Source: Candidatus Omnitrophota bacterium (lineage in GTDB: Bacteria; Omnitrophota; Gorgyraeia; Zapsychrales; Zapsychraceae). Taken from it: 64,000 nt of DNA. A model generated the notes under the pieces. That model ran no database searches. It was given only the letters and a program-made list of their open reading frames with translations, and was not told the origin of the DNA. Positions 20,242 to 28,771 of this stretch are shown piece after piece (the stretch's first letter is position 1; the number at the start of each line of letters is the position of its first letter). Made by a program: the position numbers and the translations under genes. The stretch is taken from positions 6,560 to 70,559 of the forward strand of contig JACRHP010000009.1 of assembly GCA_016212005.1 (NCBI GenBank). Reading direction: 5' to 3'.

Positions 20242-22174
20242 CTGGTTGGGTGGTTTTATGCGGTTGCTGCCGCTTCAGGCGGCGCTATGGATCAGCCGTC
20301 TTGTCGGCACGCTGGCCTATTATTTTGATATCCGCCACAAGACAATCGCCTACGCCAATATCAAGGCCGTCTTCGCCGATTCCAGATCTCCCGCTGAAAT
20401 CCGGCGCATGACCAAAGAACTATTTCGGAATTACGCGCAGAATTTTATCGATTTATTCCGCCTGCCGCTGGTAACTCCCCAGAATTTCCAGGACCTGATC
20501 ACCGTTGAAGGTATCGAGAATCTTTCCCTTGGCCTTGGCCAGGGGAAAGGCGCGATCATGCTGGCCATGCACTTCGGCAGCTGGGAACTGGCCAACCTTT
20601 CCTGCGCCATGCTCAAATTGCCTTATAAAGTTATTGTCAAACCGCAGACGCGGTATACCCGTCTGGAAGAGCTTTTAAATTCCTACCGTTCCTGCGGCGG
20701 TTACGTTGTCCTTAACCGGGGGATGGGGACCCGGGACTTCGTGCGGAGCTTGCAGAGCAATGAGGTCATCGGGATGGTGGTCGACCAAGGCGGGCGCGAC
20801 GGGGTCCTCGTACCGTTTTTTGGACGCAACGCTTCTATGTCGGTAGGGGCGATCCGCATGGGGCTTAAATGGGGAGTCCCGATTTGTTTTAGCGTCATCC
20901 ATCGTCAGCCGGGCGGCCGGCACAAAATGATCGTCCATAAACCCCTGGAACTGGTCAACACGGGGCGTACGGAGGAAGACATCGTTGCCAATCTTTCCCA
21001 AATCACGAAGATCATGGAAGATTATATCCGGCGTTATCCCTCGGAGTATATGTGGTTTTATAAAATCTGGAAATATTCCGACCAGACCTCCATCACAATC
21101 TTGAGCGACGAGAAAACAGGACATCTGCGCCAGTCCCAGGCCGTGGCCCGGTTATTGCAAAAAGCCCTGGCCGAACGTGAAATCCGTTCCAGCGTCCAGG
21201 AAGTCCCGGTCCGGTTTAAAGGCGAATTCCACCGGAACCTTTTCGCCGTTTTGAGCCTGTGTTTACCGCCGTTTTTCCATCAAGGGCATCTGGAATATCT
21301 GAAATGGTTTTTAACGGGTGAATCTTACGGCCGGGCAATCCGGGTCAAGTCGGATTTTATTGTCTCCTGCGGTTCATCCGTCGCGGCGGTTAACTATTTT
21401 CTGGCAAAGGACCATGGCGCCAAAAGTGTCGTGGTCCTCAAGCCCGGGATCCTGGGATACAGGAAATTCAACCTGGTGATATTGCCGCGACATGAAATGC
21501 CGCGTCAGGTCCCGGCGGGGCCGCGTTTGGTGGAAACGTTGGGGGCCCCGAACCTGATCACCCCGGAATATCAGCAGGAACAATCGCAGGGACTGCTCAA
21601 GCGATATTCACATTTAAAGAATAACCTGAAGATCAAGATCGGCCTTTTTATCGGCGGCGATTCGAAGGATATCTTTTTAAGCGAACACCTGTTGAAAGTT
21701 TTGGTCCACCAGCTCACCGAGGTGGCGCAGGAGATCAGCGCGGACATCCTGGTGACAACCTCACGGCGTACTCCGGCGGCCGTTGAAGAATTACTGCAAA
21801 AAAGGCTGCGCAAACATCCGCGGTGTCCGCTCCTCGTTATCGCCAATGAAGATGACGTGCCCGAAGCGGCAGGAGGCATGATGGGGTTGTCGGACATCCT
21901 GGTCGTTTCCGGAGACAGCATCTCGATGATCTCGGAAGCGGCCAGTTCCGGGAAGAAGACCATTGTCTTCCTGCCGGAACTGCGCCAGAAAGAGCAGCGG
22001 AAATCGAACAAACATCTGGCATTCATTGAACAGTTAGGGGCGGAAGGTTATCTTTTTGCCAGCAGCATCAAGGACATCGGCCGCGCCGTTTATGATATCG
22101 CCAAGGGCAAGATCCAGACCAAGCCGCTCAACGATAACCTGGTGATACTCGATGCCCTCCGGAAAATTATTTAA
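20201..22174 (+). CDS. Fusion of an LpxL/HtrB-family lipid A acyltransferase (N-terminal) with an ELM1/DUF1022-like domain (C-terminal)
   Basis: N-terminal half shows LpxL-like transmembrane anchor and acyltransferase motifs. The C-terminal roughly 380 aa resemble the Mito_fiss_Elm1 family. The start is uncertain (ATGs at 20186, 20201, 20258) and the first two overlap lpxK. Confidence 0.6.
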   Translation: MPSFSESLIFHSVNWLGGFMRLLPLQAALWISRLVGTLAYYFDIRHKTIAYANIKAVFADSRSPAEIRRMTKELFRNYAQNFIDLFRLPLVTPQNFQDLITVEGIENLSLGLGQGKGAIMLAMHFGSWELANLSCAMLKLPYKVIVKPQTRYTRLEELLNSYRSCGGYVVLNRGMGTRDFVRSLQSNEVIGMVVDQGGRDGVLVPFFGRNASMSVGAIRMGLKWGVPICFSVIHRQPGGRHKMIVHKPLELVNTGRTEEDIVANLSQITKIMEDYIRRYPSEYMWFYKIWKYSDQTSITILSDEKTGHLRQSQAVARLLQKALAEREIRSSVQEVPVRFKGEFHRNLFAVLSLCLPPFFHQGHLEYLKWFLTGESYGRAIRVKSDFIVSCGSSVAAVNYFLAKDHGAKSVVVLKPGILGYRKFNLVILPRHEMPRQVPAGPRLVETLGAPNLITPEYQQEQSQGLLKRYSHLKNNLKIKIGLFIGGDSKDIFLSEHLLKVLVHQLTEVAQEISADILVTTSRRTPAAVEELLQKRLRKHPRCPLLVIANEDDVPEAAGGMMGLSDILVVSGDSISMISEAASSGKKTIVFLPELRQKEQRKSNKHLAFIEQLGAEGYLFASSIKDIGRAVYDIAKGKIQTKPLNDNLVILDALRKII

Positions 22175-22224
22175 AATTTATCGCGTGGAGCCCCACGGGT
22201 TAACACCCGTGGCCCCTCTATTTT
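22162..22224. repeat. 63-bp direct repeat, copy 1, containing a terminator-like hairpin (ccacggg-ttaaca-cccgtgg)
   Basis: Nearly identical to 23469-23531 (2 mismatches). Includes the last codons and stop of the upstream gene. Confidence 0.8.
22193..22224 (+). terminator. Candidate intrinsic terminator (7-bp GC stem followed by ...ctatttt)
   Basis: Hairpin followed by a T-rich tail, seen directly. Confidence 0.4.
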
Positions 22225-22332
22225 CCGGTTCCGCGTTGTTCCGGATGGCTTGAGGGATAGTGATTCGGCGGTGGTTTGTGAGGAACAGATTGTTTGAAAA
22301 ATATATATTTTATGGAGTATAGTTCCTTATAA

Positions 22333-22361
22333 TTGACATATTATATGGAATATGCTAATAT
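22333..22361 (+). promoter_or_regulatory. Near-consensus sigma70 promoter TTGACA-N17-TAATAT placed 7 nt before the ATG at 22368 (leaderless?)
   Basis: Hexamers and spacer length read directly. Confidence 0.5.
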
Positions 22362-22367
22362 TATCCT

Positions 22368-23495
22368 ATGAAAATACCTCGGTTTTATCAGGATTTAACT
22401 CCCTACCTTAAGCCAAACAATGTCCTGGTCATTTATGGGCCGCGGCAGGTCGGCAAGACCACGCTGATTCAGGATTTTCTGGCCACCGTTCCGGGGCGCT
22501 ATAAGCTGGATTCAGGAGATAACATCCGGATACAGACCGTTCTGGGGTCGCAGGATTTTGACGTGATCAAAGAATACGCGCAAGGATATTCTTTGATCGT
22601 TATCGATGAAGCCCAAAGAATTCCCAACGTCGGCCAGGGATTGAAAATTCTGGTGGATCAGCTTCCCGGTATTCAGGTGATCGCGACGGGTTCTTCCTCT
22701 TTTGAACTGGCCGGGCAAGTGGGGGAACCGCTCACCGGGAGAAAAACTACGCTGACATTGTATCCGGTATCGCAGTTGGAATTGCGGGGCCTTTATAACA
22801 CTTATGAATTGAAAAACAACCTGGAGCATTGGCTTGTCTTCGGGGGGTATCCCGAAATCACCGCGGTAGGATCAAAAAGTGAAAAGATCCGCTTGCTGGA
22901 AGAATTAGTGCAATCGTATTTATTCAAGGATATCCTGGAGCTGGAACAGGTCAAGAGTTCCAGGACCCTTATGGACCTGTTACGCCTGTTGGCATTCCAG
23001 GTGGGCAAGGAAGTCTCGTTAAACGAACTGGGACAGCAGGTCGGCGTGGACACCAAGACGGTGGCGCGCTATCTGGACCTCTTTGAAAAGGCGTTTGTCG
23101 TTTACAATCTGCGCGGCTTTAGCCGCAACCTGCGGTCCGAGATCGTGAGGAAAGGCAAGTATTATTTTTATGACAACGGCATCCGCAACGGCGTGATCTC
23201 AAATTTTAACGAGATGGGACTCCGTAACGACGCCGGAGAATTGTGGGAGAATTTCCTGTTTATGGAACGGCTCAAGAAACGGTCTTATCAGAATATATAT
23301 GCCAACAGTTATTTCTGGCGGACGTGGGAACGCCAGGAAATCGATTTGATCGAAGAGCGGGAGGGCAAATTGTTCGCATTTGAATTCAAGTGGGGCAAAG
23401 ACAAAACCAAACTGCCGAAGCAATGGGCCGCGGCCTATCCCGAAGCGTTGTTTGAGGTCATTGACAGAGAAAATTATTTAGAATTTATCGCGTGA
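22368..23495 (+). CDS. AAA+ ATPase with DUF4143 (COG1373-like)
   Basis: Walker A GPRQVGKTT, and Walker B IVIDEAQ. Confidence 0.75.
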   Translation: MKIPRFYQDLTPYLKPNNVLVIYGPRQVGKTTLIQDFLATVPGRYKLDSGDNIRIQTVLGSQDFDVIKEYAQGYSLIVIDEAQRIPNVGQGLKILVDQLPGIQVIATGSSSFELAGQVGEPLTGRKTTLTLYPVSQLELRGLYNTYELKNNLEHWLVFGGYPEITAVGSKSEKIRLLEELVQSYLFKDILELEQVKSSRTLMDLLRLLAFQVGKEVSLNELGQQVGVDTKTVARYLDLFEKAFVVYNLRGFSRNLRSEIVRKGKYYFYDNGIRNGVISNFNEMGLRNDAGELWENFLFMERLKKRSYQNIYANSYFWRTWERQEIDLIEEREGKLFAFEFKWGKDKTKLPKQWAAAYPEALFEVIDRENYLEFIA

Positions 23496-23531
23496 AGCCC
23501 CACGGGTTAACACCCGTGGCCCCTCTATTTT
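23469..23531. repeat. 63-bp direct repeat, copy 2
   Basis: See copy 1. It supplies the last four codons (EFIA*) of the AAA ATPase gene in a different frame. Confidence 0.8.
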
Positions 23532-23644
23532 TAGGACTCCGTCCGTGGGGCGGGATCCTGGCCAGAACGCCTTCATTCACGCCTTTACAGACGTGGCGTT
23601 CTGGCGTCAGGGTAGATTTTTCGGGCCCGGCAAAGATTGCGCGT

Positions 23645-23710
23645 CATTCTTGCCGTCCACGGGACCCACGGCGCCAAGAAAGAGCGGCCGGGTACAACCC
23701 GATCCTGAAT
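23645..23710. repeat. Imperfect direct repeat A (core tgccgtccacgggacccacggcgccaag) upstream of the MNT/HEPN pair
   Basis: About 75-80% identical to 24746-24805. The core is partially palindromic. Confidence 0.55.
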
Positions 23711-23770
23711 TTGACAATCGTGCTGTAATATGTTACAGTAACAACTGTAAATAACGCAGAGCAACAGAAT

Positions 23771-24313
23771 ATGATCAACTTGCGCTCCCAAATCACACAA
23801 AAGGTCCTGGGGTATTTCTACCTCCACGAAGACGCAGAAATGTACATCAATGAAACGGCCCGCCGGCTTGGTCTTGACAGTGGTAATCTCACCAGAAAAT
23901 TCGAGGAGTTGGAAAGCCAGGGGATCCTCAAGAGCCGGTGGAAGGGGGCCCAGCGGTATTATTCGCTTGATAAGGAATTCTCGCTTTATCAGGAATATAA
24001 AAAAATTATCAAAAAAACCGTTGGTTTTGAAGAAATCTTGCGCGCTTCTTTAAAATCACTTGCAGGCATTCAACAAGCTGTTGTCTTCGGCTCTTACGCG
24101 GCTGATAAAATGGATCCCAAAAGCGATATTGATGTATTGGTCATCGGAGATCATGACACGGTGGAACTGCAAAAAGTAATTGCCCGGATCCAGAGATCCG
24201 TTGACCGTGAAATAAATTGTATCACTATGACTGGCAAAGAATACCGGGAAAAACAAAAAAAGGACCCGTTTTTAAGATCCTTAAAAAGTAAACCCCGTCT
24301 TGACCTCTTATGA
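23771..24313 (+). CDS. wHTH-fused minimal nucleotidyltransferase (MNT, Pol-beta superfamily)
   Basis: GSYAADKMDPKSDIDVLVIGD motif with an N-terminal winged-helix region. Confidence 0.8.
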   Translation: MINLRSQITQKVLGYFYLHEDAEMYINETARRLGLDSGNLTRKFEELESQGILKSRWKGAQRYYSLDKEFSLYQEYKKIIKKTVGFEEILRASLKSLAGIQQAVVFGSYAADKMDPKSDIDVLVIGDHDTVELQKVIARIQRSVDREINCITMTGKEYREKQKKDPFLRSLKSKPRLDLL

Positions 24314-24732
24314 CCCGGTTTGAGAAAGAATATTTCCGCCCGTTTTCTTTCAGCGGCAAAGAGATTGACCGTTATTTCCAGAACGCTTTGCGCGATCTTA
24401 AAATTGCCCAGACGGATCCCTACACGGAAGTGCGGTTTACGTATTGTTATCAGGCCTTGATCAAATCCGGCATCGCCTTGATCGCCAAAGTCGGCCAGGT
24501 CAAAGTCAGAAGCGTGGCCGGGCACCATGTCCAGGTATTGACGAAAATGAGCAATTTGTTGAACAACCCGGATATTTTGACCATCGGCAATGCCATGCGC
24601 ATGAAACGTAATCTGGACCTTTACAGCGGCGGCGAATTCATCAGCAAGAAAGAAACCGGCGATTATATCCGTTTTACAAAGCAGGTTATCAATCAAACGG
24701 AGAAAATTATCAAGGCAGGGAAGAAGGAGTAA
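24310..24732 (+). CDS. HEPN domain protein, partner of the upstream MNT
   Basis: ATGA overlap with the MNT gene; 140 aa, helical, with an R..H-type motif. Confidence 0.7.
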   Translation: MTRFEKEYFRPFSFSGKEIDRYFQNALRDLKIAQTDPYTEVRFTYCYQALIKSGIALIAKVGQVKVRSVAGHHVQVLTKMSNLLNNPDILTIGNAMRMKRNLDLYSGGEFISKKETGDYIRFTKQVINQTEKIIKAGKKE

Positions 24733-24745
24733 ACATCGCGCGGTG

Positions 24746-24805
24746 TTTCTGCCATCCACGGGATCCGCAGCGCCAAAAGAGAATGGCTGGATATTATTGC
24801 GGGGG
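24746..24805. repeat. Imperfect direct repeat B (tgccatccacgggatccgcagcgccaaaag)
   Basis: Pairs with 23645-23710. Confidence 0.55.
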
Positions 24806-24914
24806 GAGTAAAGGACGTTGCCGCCGTTAATGAAGGATTGACAGAGGAGAATCATGCCGAGAATATTCGATAACATTGAACAGCCGCTTTTGCCGTCGTT
24901 GAAAGGTTTTTATT

Positions 24915-25133
24915 ATGCCTCCTGAAGCATTCTCCAGAGTTTTGATCGACGAAGCCCTGAAATCCTCCGGCTGGGATCTGGCAAAGAATGCTCATTTCGA
25001 ACTTGCCGGATCGCAAGAGGCTCGATGATATTGTTTTCGACACGATCGGCCTCACCGCCGCCGAACGCAAAGAAGTCTACTGGTCTGTCTGTGAACTCGT
25101 CAAAAACCGCCTCGACCAAGCAGGAAGTGTGTG
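24915..25133 (+). pseudogene. Internally deleted remnant of a restriction enzyme gene (HsdR/Res-like N-terminus joined out of frame to a type IIG-like C-terminal motif)
   Basis: N-terminus reads IDEALKSSGWD. A frameshifted continuation reads LDDIVFDTIGLTAAERKEVYWSV, the typical C-terminal motif of type IIG/MTase enzymes. Confidence 0.4.
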
Positions 25134-25147
25134 AAGCGAGTAATATT

Positions 25148-26083
25148 ATGAAGGAACAGAAACCCAAAAAACGGCACCATTATATACCTGTCTTTTATTT
25201 GAACGGTTTTACGGATAAAAACGGATGTCTATATGTGTACGATAAAGACACTAAGCCGGTGTTTGAATCCTCTCCCGAGGGTATCGCATACGAGAACCAC
25301 TATTTTTCTTTTATGACGCCACATGGCGAAAGGGATTCGGAGACCGTGGAAAATGCTATCATGTTATGGGAGGGAGAATTTGCAAGAATAGTAAAAAAAA
25401 TCCATGATCATGAGGATTTGACGGATGATGATTATATGGTTTTTTCTTTTTTCGTTGCATCTATGATGATAAGAGTTCCCAACATGAGGGATAACATACG
25501 GAAAGCGACCGGCGAGACGATAAAACGTATGAATGTCTTCATGTCGTCCCACAAAGAAAATTTTGGACGAATGATAAAGAAGTATGAAAGCAATACAGGA
25601 AGGCAAATTGGCATGGATGTTGAAGAACTGCGTCAATGGATGAATAATCCGGACAATTATGACATGACCGTTGACAAGGAATATGCTACTGGAATGGCTT
25701 TATGCTTGCTTGAAGATCTTGCGAAGGGGTTTTTAAATATGAAATGGGCTTTTTTAAAGGCAACGGACGACTATAAATATGTGACAGGTGACAATCCGTT
25801 GCGATACATTGACCCGACACATAACCCGCGCTCATTTTACGGAGTAGGGCTCGCCAACGAAAACATAGAAGTTTCCTTGCCCTTATCCAAAGAGATTTGT
25901 GCTTTCGGTTCATGGAAATATAGAGAAGGTCATATACAAGCCAATAGTCAGCATGTAAAACATTTAAATAAAATGACCGTTAGCGCATCGGTAAAGTTTG
26001 TATTCGCCGATACCAAGTCAGAGATTATTGACCAATTTGTAAAAAAGTATAAAGATAGCCATCCTGTAATGGTCGTTGGTTAA
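25148..26083 (+). CDS. DUF4238 family protein
   Basis: HHYIPVFYLNGF N-terminal signature in an AT-rich gene. The track ORF extends upstream, but the ATG at 25148 fits the family N-terminus. Confidence 0.65.
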   Translation: MKEQKPKKRHHYIPVFYLNGFTDKNGCLYVYDKDTKPVFESSPEGIAYENHYFSFMTPHGERDSETVENAIMLWEGEFARIVKKIHDHEDLTDDDYMVFSFFVASMMIRVPNMRDNIRKATGETIKRMNVFMSSHKENFGRMIKKYESNTGRQIGMDVEELRQWMNNPDNYDMTVDKEYATGMALCLLEDLAKGFLNMKWAFLKATDDYKYVTGDNPLRYIDPTHNPRSFYGVGLANENIEVSLPLSKEICAFGSWKYREGHIQANSQHVKHLNKMTVSASVKFVFADTKSEIIDQFVKKYKDSHPVMVVG

Positions 26084-26121
26084 GGTAAAGGCGTAATTCG
26101 GGATACAAATGCAGGATGCAG

Positions 26122-26274
26122 GTGACAGTCACTCCGGCGGGGACAGACATGGCGAGCCTCGTCGCTCGTGTGACCGAAATCCGCGCCATGCAAGCCGACC
26201 AATCCGCCAGCCGCAAGCGTCTGGACGACCTGTTTCAGTCAATGTTACACCGTGCTTTTGAGGGGGAGTTATGA
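26122..26274 (+). pseudogene. hsdS: C-terminal remnant of a type I restriction specificity subunit (HsdS)
   Basis: ...SRKRLDDLFQSMLHRAFEGEL* is the conserved HsdS C-terminal helix, with no upstream target-recognition domain. Confidence 0.55.
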
Positions 26275-26434
26275 CGAAGGAGGAATTAAGGTTGCGTCAC
26301 ACGTCCCCCGACGTGTCCTATAAAAAGGTTATGCAGCGAAAATTTCAAGAGCTTCAGCCGGTGAGTTTAATGGATTTGGGAGTGATTTAGATTGAACCTA
26401 ATGTCTATTTTAAATTAGCCTTGGTGAGGATAAT

Positions 26435-28450
26435 ATGATAAAGGCGTTTGTCGGTCACAGTTTTGACTCGGAAGACGAGTCAATAATTACTGCATTCAAA
26501 AAGATGTTTAATAGCTTAAGAACGAGCATGGCTTTTGAGTGGGAAGATGCTGAAGCTACACAGATTAAACCATTGTCAAAAAAGGTTCCGCAAAAAATGG
26601 CGGATAAGAATTTGTTTATTGGTATTTTTACACGAAAACACATAGAACTTGAACTGAAGCAATTAATTCCGTCCAAGCCTTGGAATAAGAATAAATATGT
26701 TATTAGAAGGGCCGATTGTGCTTATGGAACATCGTACTGGATTACTCAGGAAAGTGGATATGCTATAGCTCAGGGCATGGTAACTCTTTTTTTAATTGAA
26801 AAGGGCGTGAGAGAATTAAAGGGATTGCACGCCGATATGGAACACATCTATTTTGAGCGAGGCAAAGAAAGCGAATGTTTTGTTAAGCTAAACGAAGCTT
26901 TAGGTCAGTTTCTTAGCGAGAGCAAAATCAATAACGGGAAAAAAGGGAGCAATATTCCTCCCAAACAATCAGAAAAAGATATTGCTACGGCGGCGAGCGA
27001 AAATATTGCTGTGCAAGAGGCCACAGAAGCTGATGAAGCGCAAGAAGTAAAAAAGCATAAAGAAAAAAAGGATGATAAGTATTATTTTAGGGAAATGTAT
27101 TTCGCGCTTCTTGAGAAAGAAAATGCAAAATTCGAGCAACTAAAAAATGAGGTTTTTGAGAAATATAAAGCCGACGAAGATGGCACGATAGAGTGGCAAG
27201 CTAAAGTATTATCTCTGGAAAGCCTTTTGACGCAGAAGGATGTTTTAAATGACTTGAAGGAGCTTCAAAAAAAGAAGCCTGAAAATGCATTGATAGCTTA
27301 CTATATTGGCGAAGAATATGAAAAATATAAGAATTATGAACAAGCAATCGACGAATACCTAAAATCTGCAAGACTGGAAAAACAAGTTGGATCTAAATTG
27401 CATAGGGTTAGCCTGGCCGCCCATGCCTATGTAAAAAATGGTCAAAAAAACGAAGCGATAAATATTTTATTAAAAGAATTACACGAGGATTCGCCTGATG
27501 ACGAAAAGCGTTTGATATATGGATATTTAGCTGATATTGCGAAGGCCATGGAGGACAATGAATTATTTACAGTTTTCGCTGAAAAAGCATTGGCGATAAA
27601 TCCGAGTAATAGCTCGTTAAGGTTCAGTCTTGCTTATAAGTATTCCAATATGGACAAAGATGTGTTGGCTTTATATCACTACAATATTTTAGCCGCTAAC
27701 AGCCCAGATTCATCGAATTGTAATAACCTCGGTGTAGCATATGCCAGTTTGGGAATGCCTAGCAAGGCGGTAGAATCATATATCAGGGCAAGTGAACTAG
27801 GCGCGACAATATCAAGAGCTAATCTTGCGCAAAAGCTACTTAACGAAGGATTCATTGATTATGCGAACAATCAGTTAAAAGAGGCTATGAAATCAGAGGA
27901 TTATGAAAAAGATAATGTGGGAAGGGCATTGCTAAGGATAGATTCAATTCGCGAAGAAGAGAACAAAAAAGAAAAAGAGGCATTAGAGGGTATTGCGGGG
28001 GAAAGGCGTTTTAAGCAAGATTATGCAGATGCATATTCAATTGGTTTTATTGTTAGCGAAGCATTAAGCGGTGAATGGAATAGCAAGCATGGCAAAATTG
28101 AAATACATTTAGAATCCGGGAACAATCTATATGGTAAAAAGGAAGAAACGGTCGAGGGAAACAATTTGTATCTGGCTGCGATGTTAGCCGGATCGTCCGT
28201 TGGCACAACACCAGAAAAGCGAATCGTTAAATTTATAAGAACATTCGAAGGCAAAATAATTAAAAACAGGACTTTTGAATATAAACTTAAGATTGAAAGA
28301 CAGCCACCGTATAGCACTCTATTAGCACAGGATCTTACGATAACCGAATTTTCTGGCTACGGGATCATAAGCAAAGAGATGAATTTGATAAAGGTAATGG
28401 AGCTTGACAAGGATAAAAAGCAAACTTTCTTAGAAATGATAAAAACATAA
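26435..28450 (+). CDS. Large TIR-like domain + coiled-coil + TPR-repeat protein (candidate defense effector)
   Basis: N-terminus has FVGHSFDSEDE and SYWITQESGYA motifs (TIR-like S.W...E). The middle has several TPR-like repeats (AYYIGEEYEKYKNYEQAIDEY; LGVAYASLGMPSKAVESY). No Walker A motif is visible. The gene is AT-rich. Confidence 0.55.
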   Translation: MIKAFVGHSFDSEDESIITAFKKMFNSLRTSMAFEWEDAEATQIKPLSKKVPQKMADKNLFIGIFTRKHIELELKQLIPSKPWNKNKYVIRRADCAYGTSYWITQESGYAIAQGMVTLFLIEKGVRELKGLHADMEHIYFERGKESECFVKLNEALGQFLSESKINNGKKGSNIPPKQSEKDIATAASENIAVQEATEADEAQEVKKHKEKKDDKYYFREMYFALLEKENAKFEQLKNEVFEKYKADEDGTIEWQAKVLSLESLLTQKDVLNDLKELQKKKPENALIAYYIGEEYEKYKNYEQAIDEYLKSARLEKQVGSKLHRVSLAAHAYVKNGQKNEAINILLKELHEDSPDDEKRLIYGYLADIAKAMEDNELFTVFAEKALAINPSNSSLRFSLAYKYSNMDKDVLALYHYNILAANSPDSSNCNNLGVAYASLGMPSKAVESYIRASELGATISRANLAQKLLNEGFIDYANNQLKEAMKSEDYEKDNVGRALLRIDSIREEENKKEKEALEGIAGERRFKQDYADAYSIGFIVSEALSGEWNSKHGKIEIHLESGNNLYGKKEETVEGNNLYLAAMLAGSSVGTTPEKRIVKFIRTFEGKIIKNRTFEYKLKIERQPPYSTLLAQDLTITEFSGYGIISKEMNLIKVMELDKDKKQTFLEMIKT

Positions 28451-28574
28451 GCCGGTTCTGATAATAAACGTCAGGTACAAATTTACAAATTTAGGGGACA
28501 GGTAAGGTATGTTGATGGACAAATTCCCAGACACATTCCATGCCGGAAATCAAGGAAATCAACGTGCCAGGCAC

Positions 28575-28650
28575 TTTTGGACACCTGCTTACGAACGTCC
28601 GCGGCGCGGCCGCGATCTTTCTTGACACGCTTTTAGGGGAAGAGCTTGCC
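28575..28650. repeat. 76-bp direct repeat, copy 1, upstream of the first Bro-N gene
   Basis: About 90% identical to 29621-29697. Confidence 0.7.
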
Positions 28651-28651
28651 G

Positions 28652-28720
28652 GGGGGCAGGCCTGCCTGCCCTGTCTGCCCTGACTGCCGTCAGGCAGGCG
28701 ACAGGCAAGCGGCAGGCAGG
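28652..28720. other. Long imperfect GC-rich palindrome (cctgcctgccctgtctgccctgac...gtcaggcagg...caggcagg)
   Basis: Inverted repeat seen directly, immediately upstream of the Bro-N gene. Confidence 0.5.
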
Positions 28721-28771
28721 TTGAAGGCCGCGAAGAGGCCGCAGGGCGAGGGAAAGGAAGAGTTTAGTCTT

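Noticed and set aside
23651-23700. LPSTG (sortase-like LPXTG) peptide encoded in repeat A, and again as FLPSTGSAAP in repeat B
   Set aside because: It is not followed by a hydrophobic segment and charged tail. It lies in short unsupported ORFs, and the similarity is just the nucleotide repeat read in frame.
28646-28771. N-terminal extension of the Bro-N ORF (MPGGRPACPVCPDCRQAGDRQAAG...)
   Set aside because: It is a translation of the GC-rich palindrome, and Bro-N homology begins at the ATG at 28772.
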